Source: Cycas panzhihuaensis
Taxonomy: Eukaryota > Plantae > Cycadophyta
DNA: 64,000 nt
Direction: 5' to 3'
Assembly: GCA_023213395.1 (NCBI GenBank)
Contig: CM041465.1
Span: forward strand, 127,169,741-127,233,740
Part shown: in pieces, positions 1 through 12,336 of the stretch
Layout of the letters: each line of letters opens with the position of its first letter
How positions within the stretch are numbered: the first letter of the stretch is position 1
Notes under the pieces: model-generated
The model's database searches: none
Told to the model about the DNA's origin: nothing
What the model saw: the letters and a program-made list of their open reading frames with translations, nothing else
Made by a program: the position numbers and the translations under genes

Positions 1-2695
1 AGTAAAATAATTTTCTTCTGTATAGATATGTTCCAAAATTAAGGATCAAAAGTAGTGATTTAAGTGTAGCACTATATGTCTATAGGCCTTCAATCTTTGA
101 CACTTTATTTAACAATTGACTCTAACTTGTAAAACAACTAATTTTGAATCGAAATCACGTTTAGTACCTTTACCTTCATATCACAGACCTTAAGGAATCC
201 TACTACTTATTATTCATGTTTTACTATGTTATCAAGATACTTGAAAGACAATTTATAAGAAAATAAAAAAGTATATACTGTAGGAGACTTCAAAACTATA
301 CCAACTCTAACTCTAAAATTTGACTTGGCTATATCAAAATGTAAAGTCCAGATAGGCACACCAATATCCAAATTGGCATGATACTCCTATTTATTTATAG
401 GTAGTGCTTTACCTAAAATAGGAAAGATACAGAATACACCTTATTGTTTATATTTAAATGTACATTCTATAATATTTCCCTTAGTTGACTCTACATGACT
501 TGTCTTTTTATCTTCTTTATGTATAGTGATTAGGACTTGTCCAGTTAGGAAAGAAATGATTTTTCACACAAATATCTAGAATTTTATCAATTTCATCTTC
601 CTTTGTTATTCCTAATAATAACCTATAAATAAATGGTAGGTATACTACTATTATATTTACTACAATAAGTACCACTAGATTAGTTGTAAGAGTTAACAAC
701 AAGTTCCTTATTTTCTAAATTGTAGTTGTGTCATTTGAATTAAATGCTCTAATTACTTTATTTAATCTTATACAGTCTAAACTTAAATATTACATAACTA
801 CATAGGACATTAAGTTATAGCTTGCTCATGTAGATACAACTCAATTATGCAAGACATAATGGTTATCGATGTTCATTGAAACATAGATAGGAGGATTTTT
901 TAATTTTGTAGGGAGAACAATTAACTCCATGACTTCCTCCTATTGAAAAAATATAATATTATGGCCTACACCACTCTATTATAGAGTTTTTATAATCTTC
1001 TTCCTTTATTAAGGAAGTCCAATCACTTGATGTAAATTCATGCTTGTAGGAAATTTCTGTTAATCCTTGATTTTATTATATTAAGGTGGAATGACTCTAG
1101 CAACATCATTATTTGATACAAGGATTGATATCTCTTTGTAATAAAATATTTGTCTTATATTTTGTGCCCTTATAACCTACTTAGCTATAGCTACTATATT
1201 GGTCTTCTAATTATCATAATTACCATTAATTTGCTTGCCTCATTGAGTTGTTGTCATTACTACCAAATCCATAACAGGCATTTCTACTTCATCAAGATCT
1301 CCAAAGGATGCTATAATAGAATCAATAGAATGAGAAGTTTATGGCTCTTCTACTAAAGTAATGTTTAAAAAACTTTTGAATCCAACATTTTGTTCATCTT
1401 CTAGTAACTCTTCCTAACAATCTTCTTGGTTTATAATATCTATGTTATGATAAATGTTTCTTTTCATCATGGTTAGGACATCTAGTATTATAAATTATTG
1501 TTCAACATTTTGATAAGATTTTGTGAATGTAGGTTAGGATTTAGAGTTTAAGAATTTTCACTATGTTCTTATATAGAAGGTGTACAATTTGTTCTACTAA
1601 ATTTGTTCAATAACATCTCAAATCCTATTACCATTTCCTTAACCTCCTCAAATGTTCATATTCCTAGGTTTTTATTCATGACTATGATTGGGTATCATTA
1701 TTAAGACCTTGAAGAAACCATTCCCAATGAATCTTGTTAGTTGGTATATGTGTAGGGCTAACAGACCTAATAATATTTTCAAATCTTTTTATGTAAGAAG
1801 AGATGGCTTCGCTTGCCTCTTTCTTAATAGTTGATAATTCTTTCATAAGAGTATCATTTCGTTCTTAAGTAAAGTATGTTGGCTTAAAAGCATTAATTAA
1901 AGTCCACCTAGTAGTAACTAAACAATTAGGTAATCCTTGAACCTAGTCAATTACATTTCCTTTTAGTATGTGTACAAATAACCAAACTACAAGATTAACA
2001 TGTATGATGAAAAATATCTTGCTCATTAATAAGAATTACTCAAGAAATTCCTTGCCTACTATAAAACTATTATGACAAAATTTGGGACATGCATCCTAAG
2101 TATTGTTTAGTACATCACATAAATTCCCTTCTAGATCTAATGGGTCATTGGTCATTTATGGTAAATCTTCTTCTACAGGGGCTCTTCTCTAATTTTGATT
2201 CACCCTTCTTTGGAAATTATGAAGCCCATTGTCATATTAATTTCTAGTTATTTCTATAAATTCTATACATTTTTCCTCCTTTAACAAGGGTTAGAAAATA
2301 TCTATTACTTCTAATAGTCTCACTTATTAAATTCTTCTATTCCTTATGCTAGGAAATTGAATAAAACCTTCCCTAGAGACATCAATTCACTTGGAAATGA
2401 GTAAAGGGCCTCCTTGACTATTCATATAGTCTTTATAGTTTAAAGAACATAACTAAATAACTCCTATAGAGAGGGAATAATGTATATAAGTTATATATGT
2501 ATGATAGTTAGACTATCTTATCCTTGTAATATGGTTGAATGGCTTCTTTCCTAATATGTCCATTGATTTTGTTATTGCTTAAATTATTCCTAGTATTAGT
2601 CCAAATAATAGGAAAGTGCATAGCTCATGGGTGTAATCTATTTCTATGAATTAAGATACCCTATGTTGTTTACTATAGTAAGGGCCACCATTTTT
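1..2695 (-). mobile_element. Decayed Ty3/Gypsy Tat-clade retrotransposon, GAG-PROT-aRH order (continues off the left edge)
   Basis: Minus-strand translation with stops: gag-like ~1700-2030 (LMKELSTIKKEASEAISSYIKRFE); protease ~605-900 (PPIYVSMNI..LHN*VVST*ASYNLMS); archaeal-type RNase H ~10-357 (IWTLHFDIAKS..VGIVLKSP..FSYKLSF..DSKLVVLQV..RLKAYR). PBS-like TGGTGGCCCTTAC near 2678-2691. Confidence 0.7.
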
Positions 2696-2740
2696 ATTAT
2701 CACACATTCTTAACTAATGGAACAAATGGATTTCACTAGA

Positions 2741-2901
2741 GGGCTAATTAAGATATTATGTATGAATGTTATATAAAAGAAGGTGAGTGTAACGACTGCT
2801 TCTTTATTACTAATAATGTGTAAATGTGCATAATATTTTTATTAACACCAACATAGGAAAAGGCACCACATGTTACATATTTTGAATAACCCATGCTAAG
2901 G
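2741..2901. repeat. LTR-like segment repeated at ~34581-34740
   Basis: Co-linear similarity (ggctaattaagat...gtgagtgtaa...acataggaaa...atgctaagg) at both sites; lies next to the Tat PBS. Confidence 0.55.
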
Positions 2902-3444
2902 AGAAGATAGTGTAACTTGATAAGCCAAGCCAACATTCATATATCCTTTAATAATAAGTTTTGCAAGTAAAAGAATAATGAATAATCAAATTATACATAT
3001 AGGACATAATATAGAGGATCCTTAGTTTCTAAACAAACTAACTCATTCAAACAACTTATCATACATGTTTCATAACATGTTGGAAATAAGTGAAATCATT
3101 CACCAAATTTTAAAAATAATGGATTACATATAAAAATGTCTTATACAATTGATTTAATAGTCTTAACATAAAAACAATTGAGTTCCTTAAGCTACCTAGG
3201 TCAATCCCTTAGTATAAACTATTAGGAGATGCATAAAATAACTCAAGTAAAGCCTATAATAGCTCTTGTTCTTACCAAAGAGCTTCTATTTATTGGGTAT
3301 ATAATTGCCTTCATTCTCATGTACACGTAATTACCTTCATTCACACTAATTTAGTAATTAGAACAAGATCAAATGTTAGGCATACAATTAAAATATGCTT
3401 ATCTCTTAATTGAATCCTCCAACCTCTAAACATGATAATCAAAC

Positions 3445-4785
3445 AAAGAATCTACTCCTTTTTTTACTAATTTATTTTATATACCTCTTTAGAGAAGCTA
3501 TCTCAAGTTCCTCATTAATATTACCATTAAGGTAGTTAAACTTGTGGCAAGATAGTTGAAACTTATTTTTGTTCTTTGGTAATATCATTATGATAGTTAG
3601 GATCACTAGAATACAATTGAAAATTATCTTTCTCATTTTATCTATTTTAGATTTCAAAATATTTAATATCACACACTATGATTATTCACTTTCTAGGTTA
3701 CCAATTTCTAACTCTTATCCCTATTTTTCATTAATTTATTACTTTACTACTCACTTTAGTAGTTTTGTCCTCTTTATTTTCCTTCAAAATTCATGAGGGC
3801 ATGCTAATCTTTATCATTATCATTGTGTGTAGAATTTGGATCAATAATGGATTGATAATTTCCATGACCCCCTTTAATATGTACATGTGATCTTCAAGTA
3901 GACTTAATTTTTAGTCCTATTATTTTGAGTTTGGTTTAGTGTGTCTTTCAATCCCAAACTTTCTTGGGCCACTCTTTGAACTTACATTCTACATCAAATA
4001 TAACCTATTACATTAGCCTTTTTAATTCATTAGCAGTTATTTTCAGGAATTCCTACTTATCCACGATTTTTTTCCTCCTATAACATATTTGATTTTAGAT
4101 ATGGAATGATAGAAAATATTTCCACCACATAATTATTTAAAGTAGCCTCTCTGTCCCTGGAATTTCCTACCACGATTGTACCTCTATCTATCCCTACTTC
4201 TAAAATATGTTGTTATTTATAAATGAATGACTTATGAGTTATGTTACTATTGATCCCTTCCTCAATAAATAAAATTTTGAGTTATAACAATATTCCTAAT
4301 AAATTCACTTCTATAGTATATGTCACGTTTATTTTGACAACCATGTTTTCTTATCTTTATATTTTCTTGTGACAAAAGAAAATTTAGCTAAGAATATTCC
4401 ATAAATGAGGTCTTAAGAATTCGTTCTCCTTGAAGATCTTATTTAAATATATTTTGGCTGATTATAAAACTCTTGCAACAATTATTGAGGTCTTGAGTAT
4501 TATGTCCATTTCTAACTTAACCCTTTCTCTAAGCCCTTGTCTTATAACTCCTTGCCTAGTATCCCTAAACTAGTCCAACTTTAGGCTTAGAGTCAAGTTC
4601 TCTATTCTTAGATTATCTATTATAATTAAGCTTTTAGAGTAAATACTTTATCCTTTGCTAACTACCTAATACCTAGGTATAAGTCTATAGATTCTAGTAC
4701 CATGTCATCTTTGGTTGATAGTAGAACTATTTTGATTTTCCTTTTTCCCTCAACGATGACTTCTTTTATACTTGTGTCCTACTTA
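3445..4785. repeat. ~1.35 kb dispersed repeat, copy 1 (copy 2 at ~7895-9240); probably decayed TE coding sequence
   Basis: Co-linear similarity throughout; both copies end in gacttc(t/c)tttatacttgtgtcct. Confidence 0.85.
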
Positions 4786-6229
4786 ACCTACTAATAAAAA
4801 ATTTCTTCAATGACCTTATCAATTACCAAAAATTACATAAGAGCTAATGTTAATTACATATCCTTCATTCATTCCATATCTCAAGGGTCAAACTCTAGGC
4901 CAACTATCACTTCCTTATGTAGTTATGAAGGTGTTTCATTCTCTCCTTTTTGTAATTCGATCTATAGTCTATACATGTTCTTCCTATTCATGTTCTTAAG
5001 AGTGATGAGCACATTATTATTGAAGTAATGACTCTTTAACCTTCTTTTCTTGAATTTTTGGGAAGATTGCCACCTCTTCTTTCACTTTAATTTCTACTAT
5101 GGTATTGATACACTTATATGTAATTTTCCTTATTTAAGAGAGGATGTTTGTAACTCCTCATAGGAATATCAAGCCTCCTTTAGCATTTATATAAATTCCC
5201 TTCTATCTAAAAAAAATTGAAATGATATTTCCACTATGGTAGATCTTATCCCTAGTCTAATAGGAGAGTGCTACTTATGTATTAATTTAGAAGGAGAATG
5301 AGATGGTTTATAATCTATATCTTTCATCATTAGTATCAACCTTTCATCCTTTATCAAATAGAACCATACTAATTTTTTGTTGAGGAATTACCCATGCAAA
5401 AGTAGTTGAGGTAAGCTTCTTCTACTTTTTCTTTCCCTTCCCTTATTCAAGATGCCTTATTGGTGATTTTTTACACTTTCTTCTCTTGATGGTATTTCTT
5501 ACTAACTCTATATTTAAAGGTCCACCTTTACCCTCCAAATGTGCTTTGGTTATAGTAGTATTTATCATTTGTAGAGCAAATTAATCCTCTCTAATATAAA
5601 ATATTACCTTGCTTTTGCAGTATTCATCCTCTCTATTTTTATAAACTTTGAGATTATTAAATTAATGTGCAGTCAGAGTTATCATGATACTCCTCATATA
5701 CTTTTCCATTATACATGTCCTTGTTAAGTTGTATTAGGCATATTATCCAATCCAAACATATTATCTATTATTATATCTTTAAACATAATTAATATTACTA
5801 ATCCACCATCATAAGCCATCAAATCTCAAGTAATTAACTCTATTATATAGTGCATAGATAATGTTTATATATAATATGACCTTTAAATGTGTGTCCTTAT
5901 TTGTTGAATGGGCATTACAATTATATGTTGGTTTCTCATTCTCTCATGTCAATCTATCTACTCTAGAGACATCTATTGTGAGGAGTTTCATGATAAATTC
6001 TAAGCCTTTACTACTCATAAAAATGGCCTTCATGCTCTAATGGCTCTCGAGTAATATCTTATAACTTGTACGTATATGTATGTATGTAATTGGTGCAAAG
6101 TTAGTGCAAACTATGTAATTCACATTTATGGAAATCTTACCATGTAATGGTTCATTGACTCCCTAATATCCCCATAAGGTTACAAAGTAATTATATATGC
6201 CTAGGTAGAGGTGTCTGAGGTGTAAGAGT

Positions 6230-7882
6230 TACCTCTTAGTTTCACCCAATATTACAATGGGTTGAGGTAAATAAATCTTGATGTGTCTCCTTAAAGAATA
6301 TTAACCATTCTAAGAAGCATGCCTTATGATTTCTTTAATCTACACTTTAATGGTCAGTTTCTTACTTGTCTAATAAAATTAGGACATTATCCCTTACTGA
6401 TATTTTTCTTAGATGCAAATAAGTTCTTGTTTTTCCTAATCACCTTATTGTAGAACTATTAAAATATCTTAGTTTATACTTTATAAGGAAAATTACAATG
6501 CATATTTGTATGATTAATTTTATTATGATGTTGGTATTTTGTTGTGGGTTCCATGCATAGTAAAGTATAAATATACACTTAATTTATCATATCGTAATAT
6601 ATTAATAATGTTGTATATCATGAAGTTGTAATATTATTCTAGTGTTAATCTAAGGTACCCTAAGTTTACCATTATGATCCTAGTGTTTGTCTATTTATTT
6701 CATTTGCACGTTACTATTTTCTATTAATTTATTTTTTTACATGGTATTAGAGCCATGGTAAGAAGTAAGGTACACTATCAGTCTTCTATTCTATAGGTTT
6801 TTCATTTATTAGATTTACGTGGATGTGGTTTCAAAGAGCTTATTTTATTAGTACTATGTGGTGTATTATTTCTATTATTTTAGGGTTTAAGATAGAAACC
6901 CTAATCCTAAGTGTGCAAAAAAAAGTTTGACTACTCATTCCATTTCATTTTTGGGAGTGAAAATAAAAGAACTCTCTAAAAATAATTATGAGTCTGAGTT
7001 GACTAAGCCTATTCTATAAATTTTAAGTGCTTATACAGAAAACACTTCTTCTCATAGATACTTTTACACTAGTATAGACATGAGTGTAGGGATAAAGGAG
7101 AATTCAAGACAAGATGAAGAGGATGCATACAAGAATTGAGAAAAATAAAAGCGGGGTGAGGGGGAAGCAATTAAGTTATACTAGCATGTAGCTAAAATAT
7201 AAAATAGAATAATCACACAAGTAAGAAATCAACTAAATAATGAAGGAAAGAAATCAAATCTAACTAACTAAAGCCTCCACAAAAAGAGAAAATGACACTT
7301 AAGAGAGGTCCTGGGAACTTGAAGGACCATGACGGTAGTTGTACCCCAAATGATATTAAATCCTATAAGCTTATCCTAAGAATTATTACCTCCCAAAGAT
7401 GAATGACCTCTACCTATCCCACCCTATAAATGTCACTACACGTCAACTTGATCTAAAGAATCAAGGAGGACTAATAAGAGATAAGACAAAGGAGGAATTA
7501 GGCAATGGGATTAACTTGATCATAGACAAGTCAATAGGGACTACTTGTTCTAGTGACAACCCACTCATGAGTGTGAGAGGTCTAGAAGATGTCGCATCCA
7601 ATTTCAATAAATATTTTTAACTACTATAAGTGAAGTAGATAGATGAAACTACTCTCAATAAGACATATGGTGCTTATTCAATTCTTCTAATTATATGAGG
7701 TTAGGATAATCTTCCATTGTTAAATTATTCAAAGCTTAGAAAAGACACGGCCTAACCTTAAATGTAAGGTTATCCTACTCCATTGGTGATGAAATCTAGA
7801 TCGAACTTCAAGTAATCCCTTCTTTAACACATGTGAAGGACCTACCATAATTGTGACTAAAAGAGCACATAGTATAATCTAA
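6230..7882 (+). repeat. ~1.65 kb composite repeat with a Copia-type LTR end and tRNA-Met PBS; copy at ~32328-33952
   Basis: Aligned from cctcttagtttcacc to agtataatctaat. CA+TGGTATTAGAGCC at ~6740-6754 (CA+TGGCATTAGAGCC at ~32819-32833) matches the TGGTATCAGAGC PBS. Confidence 0.8.
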
Positions 7883-7894
7883 TAATAAAAAAAG

Positions 7895-9240
7895 GAATCC
7901 TCCTCATTTTTTATTTCTTTATTTTATATGCCTCTTTAGAGAAACTATCCTAGGCCCTTCATTAGTATTACCATTAAGATAACTAAACTTTTGGCAAGAT
8001 TGTTAAAAATTATTTTATTCTTTGGTAATATCATTATAATAGTTAGGATATCGAAAGATGATTGAAAATAATCTTTCTTATTTTATCCTTTCTAGATTTG
8101 AAAATATTTAGTGTCATAAATAGTGATTAGTCACTTACTAGATTACTAGTTTCTAACTAGTAACCCCACTTTTCATCAATTTATTGCCTAACTTCTCACA
8201 TCAACAACTTTGTCCTATTTCTTTAACTTTAAAGTTTATAAGCATGTGTCAATCTTTATCACTATATTTGTATGAAAAATTTGGATCAAGAGTGGATTTA
8301 CCATTTCCATGACTCCCTCTAATCCATACACCTAATCTTTAAGTAGACTTAATTTTTAGTCCTAATGTTCTAGTTTGGTTTAGTATGTTCTCCAATCCCA
8401 AACTTTCTTGGGCCACTCTTCATCCTTATTAGCTATGTCAAATGTAACCTGCTATACTAACCTTCCTAATTCATTATCAGTTATTTTTATGAATTCCTAT
8501 TTATCTATGACTTTTTTGTTGTGAAACATAGCTAAATTTAGATATGGAATGATAGAAAATACCTTTTCCATATAATTGTTTAAAGAAACCTCTAGATCCC
8601 CAATATTTCTTACTATTATTGTACCTCTATTTATCCCTACTTCCAAAATATGTTGTTATTTCTAAATGAATGACTTATGAGTTGTGTTGTTATTGGTCCC
8701 TTCCTTAATACCTTTAATTTTGAGCTACAAGCATGTTCCCAATTAATTCCATTATGCAGTATATTTTGCCTTTATTTTCACAACCACGCTTTTTAATCTT
8801 TCAATTTTCTTATGCAAAGGGGAAAATTCAACTAAAAGTTTTCCATAAATGAGGTCTCAAGAATCTGTCGTCCTTAAAGATCTTATCTAAATAGATTTTG
8901 GTTGATTATAAAAATCTTACAGCAACTATTGAATTCTTGAGTATCATGTCCATTTTCAACTCAATATATCCTATAAGCATTTGTCCCATAACTCCTTGCC
9001 AAATATTCATGAATTGGTCCAACTTCAAGCTTAAAGTTAAGTTTTATGCTTTCAAGGCTTTATTTTCTTAGATTGTCTATTGTTATTAAGCGTGTAGAGT
9101 AGATACTTTATCCTTTACTAACTACCTAATACCTAAGTATAAGTCTGTAGATTCTACTATTGTCTCATTTTTTGTTGACCATAGAACTAGTTTAATTTTC
9201 CTTTTTCCCTTAGCAATGACTTCCTTTATACTTGTGTCCT
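7895..9240. repeat. ~1.35 kb dispersed repeat, copy 2
   Basis: Co-linear with 3445-4785. Confidence 0.85.
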
Positions 9241-9269
9241 TACCACACTGATAAAAGTTGCATGCATGT

Positions 9270-10480
9270 TAATGTTAAGGTTTAAGGGTGAAGGTGTTTC
9301 ATTATCTTCCTTTGACATTCAATTTATTTCTTTCACAACCATTTTCACTATCACTACCTACATTTTAAGATCATAACATTTATTGTAATACCCTTAATTC
9401 CCATTGTGTTAACACTTCATGACTCTATTTCTAAAATGCCCATATTTATTATGTTCATTTACACCATCAACTTCCTTGTCATCCCCACCTCCTTTCACTA
9501 CCAATTATTCTTATGTCTCATGTCTATAACATTGCATATTCAACATTTATAACTCCATTGCCAAGAATAACACTTGTATCTACATTATTTTTCATATTGT
9601 CTTGTCTTACCCCTTCTCTTAATTATTACTTTTGAAAATTATTGCTGACAAATATGAAATTGATTAACATTGTCAAATTTATCTATCCTTATATTTCAAT
9701 TGAGCCATTATCATGACCATTAATGGGTTTGTCATATTTCCTTTTATATATGGTCAAAAATCTATAATTTCCATTGAAACTAAAATTCCTTCCTTTCATC
9801 TAAATATTTGCAACTACCTTTTGAACACCATAGCCTTTTAGACTTGCCTCGTTAAACTAGAAAACCTCGATGAAGATTGCCTCCATGGCTTAAATAGTTT
9901 AGAAGATACTAAAATGTGAGTCAATTCAAAATATAACCAAACCATTTATCTTTCTTTTTTTCACCCTACTAACCTCATTCTTCTCTTGAGTTAACCTAAT
10001 GATGAATTTGCCTTGATAAATTTCATTCTTGTTAGCATGGCCCTTTTGTAGTAATTGAGGTTATTCATAATAGTTCACATTATCTTTCAATCATCCATGA
10101 CAAACCCCTCAATAATCTTTTCAATAATGTCTATCTCAAATCTTTTATCCATAAATCACATTGCCAAGGAATAACAAGTCAAGTTCTTTCCATCTTCTAT
10201 TATTTGTATTTACTATGGTTTATTTATATTGTTTTATTTTTATTTATGTTGTCTTGACATTAATACACTAAGTTTCTTTTGGTTTTTGTTAATTATGTTA
10301 GAGAGTATCTTAGTTTTGGGTATGCAAATTGTCATTCAATACCATGTTATTGGCTCGTGTTTTCCTTCAATCTTGAGTTTCCATAGTCATAAGCACTTCC
10401 TATTGGGAACCATGTCCTTTACAAATAAGTACCTCAACAATTGCCAAAAAGAGGCATGGCGGTAGAGTTTTAAGAGAAGC
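9270..10480 (-). mobile_element. Heavily decayed Copia-like gag/protease remnant upstream of the kinase
   Basis: Weak minus-strand resemblance to Copia gag and zinc-knuckle region; many stops. Confidence 0.35.
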
Positions 10481-10789
10481 TCTAGAGGAAGTTAGATTAT
10501 GAACCGTCACTTTGAACTAAATAGGAGCATTAATGTATCAAGCATTTTTTGATAAAATAATGAATCATAACTCTATTTCACTTGATGTATCATGCTTTCC
10601 TTTGTTGCGTCGTCCATGATGTGGTGGTTAGTCTGAGAAGATTTTTGTTTTTGGAATGATGATAAATATTAACAAGCCATAGCCGTACAATAAAATTACT
10701 GCACTCCATCCTTCCATAAGGTCAAAAGAACGAGGAGTTATAAGAAGAGAGAGGTATTGAATAAAGATGTGCCTAAAGTGTATGTGTTG

Positions 10790-10965
10790 TGGCCCGCCCC
10801 ACCTCTGAGTCGGCCGTAGGCTTAAATGCATGTATATAAATGATATATAAATAGGCCGTGTCGGAATGATATAAATGGACGTATATAACTGGTATTGAAG
10901 TTGGCCGCACATAAATGGATGTATTTAATGAATATATAAGTAGGCCGCATCGGAAAGATATCACG
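10790..10965 (+). promoter_or_regulatory. Putative kinase promoter with a tandemly duplicated GGCCG...TATAAA(T) module
   Basis: Two ~65-bp units (~10808-10872, ~10900-10961), each with GGCCG motifs and TATA-like boxes, 160-320 bp upstream of the ATG; CpG retained. Confidence 0.45.
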
Positions 10966-11124
10966 ATCCTATTGTTTCTGTCACTACGCGCGCTCTGATT
11001 TGCGGATATTGTTATCTGGACCGTGTCCCTTCCCCTGGCAGTGCATTCGCGTACAATAATTTCTGAAAATTCGATACTCACGTTGAAATAATTGCTCGGT
11101 TGATCTCTTGGCTGAGGATTTGGA

Positions 11125-12336
11125 ATGGAGAGCGCAGTTTACCATAAACGACCTAAGAAAAGGCGTCGTATTATGAAGTCACAATCTAATGATGGTAACA
11201 TATGGGAGCATGACGACGACCAGGCGTCGATTGATAGGCGTACTCTCTGTCGTTCTTCTTCTATGCGCCTTGCGTCCCCTCCATGGCGACCGGATGACAA
11301 AGATGGGCGCTACGTGTTTGAGGTTGGAGAAAATTTAACACCTCGATACAAGATTATTAGCAAACTGGGAGAAGGAACTTACGGAAGAGTTTTAAATTGT
11401 TGGGATCGTGAAAAGGAAGAGTATGTTGCCATCAAGGTTATACGCAGTGTACGGAAATATCGTGTTGCAGCGATGGGTGAAATTGATGTTCTCCGCACGC
11501 TGGCAAAGTATGATCGGAAGGGATTACGGGGCTGCGTACAATTGAAGAATTGGTTTGATTATCGTAACCATGTGTGCATTGTTTGTGAAAAGCTTGGACC
11601 AAGTTTATACGATTTATTACGTAAAAACGATCACCGGCCCTTCCCTGTTGTTCAGGTTCGAGAATACGCACGTCAGCTGTTGAAGTCTCTTGCATTTATT
11701 CATGACCTGACACTCACACACACGGATCTAAAACCTGACAACATTGTTTTCGTCTCTGCTGAATATGTAAAGGTACCTGACAGAAACTGCCCAGATCCTG
11801 TTAAGCATTATAAGTGCATTCCCACATCGACTGCAATTAAACTCATAGATTTTGGTAATGCTACATTTGAGGACGAATACCATAGCTCGCTAGTTACCAC
11901 GAGAGGATACCGAGCACCTGAGGTGATTATGGGTATTGGATGGAGTTACCCATGTGATTTGTGGAGTGTTGGATGCATTTTGGTGGAATTGTGCACGGGA
12001 AATTCTCTTTTCCGGACCCATGAAGATTTGGAGCACCTTGCAATGATGGAGCGGGTTTTGGGACCAATTCCTCAATATATGATCAAATGGGCAGCTCAAT
12101 GTGGAAGAGAATACATCAGAAACGGCACGGAACTCAATTGGCCAGAGGGGGCTGCATGCGAAGAGAGTGTTCGAGCAGTCCGGAGATTACCCCGCCTGTG
12201 GAAACTTGTCAATCAAAATGTGGACCACTCATCTGGAGCCCTAATTGATTTGCTTCATGGTTTGTTGAAGTTTGATCCCAACGAACGTCTCTCTGCTAAG
12301 GAAGCTTTGAAACACCATTTCTTCATAGGAAAATAA
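11125..12336 (+). CDS. LAMMER/AFC-like (CLK family) dual-specificity protein kinase, intronless
   Basis: 403-aa ORF with SPPWRPDDKDGRYVF, GEGTYG, VAIK, HTDLKPDN, DFG, YRAPE, EHLAMMERVLG and an N-terminal basic NLS-like KRPKKRRR; no stops or frameshifts. Confidence 0.96.
   Translation: MESAVYHKRPKKRRRIMKSQSNDGNIWEHDDDQASIDRRTLCRSSSMRLASPPWRPDDKDGRYVFEVGENLTPRYKIISKLGEGTYGRVLNCWDREKEEYVAIKVIRSVRKYRVAAMGEIDVLRTLAKYDRKGLRGCVQLKNWFDYRNHVCIVCEKLGPSLYDLLRKNDHRPFPVVQVREYARQLLKSLAFIHDLTLTHTDLKPDNIVFVSAEYVKVPDRNCPDPVKHYKCIPTSTAIKLIDFGNATFEDEYHSSLVTTRGYRAPEVIMGIGWSYPCDLWSVGCILVELCTGNSLFRTHEDLEHLAMMERVLGPIPQYMIKWAAQCGREYIRNGTELNWPEGAACEESVRAVRRLPRLWKLVNQNVDHSSGALIDLLHGLLKFDPNERLSAKEALKHHFFIGK

Noticed and set aside
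10628-11081. Two minus-strand ORFs upstream of the kinase (divergent gene)
   Set aside because: No recognisable motifs; they overlap the promoter repeat and are expected by chance in locally higher GC.
11438-12099. Antisense ORFs within the kinase
   Set aside because: Shadow frames of the real CDS.
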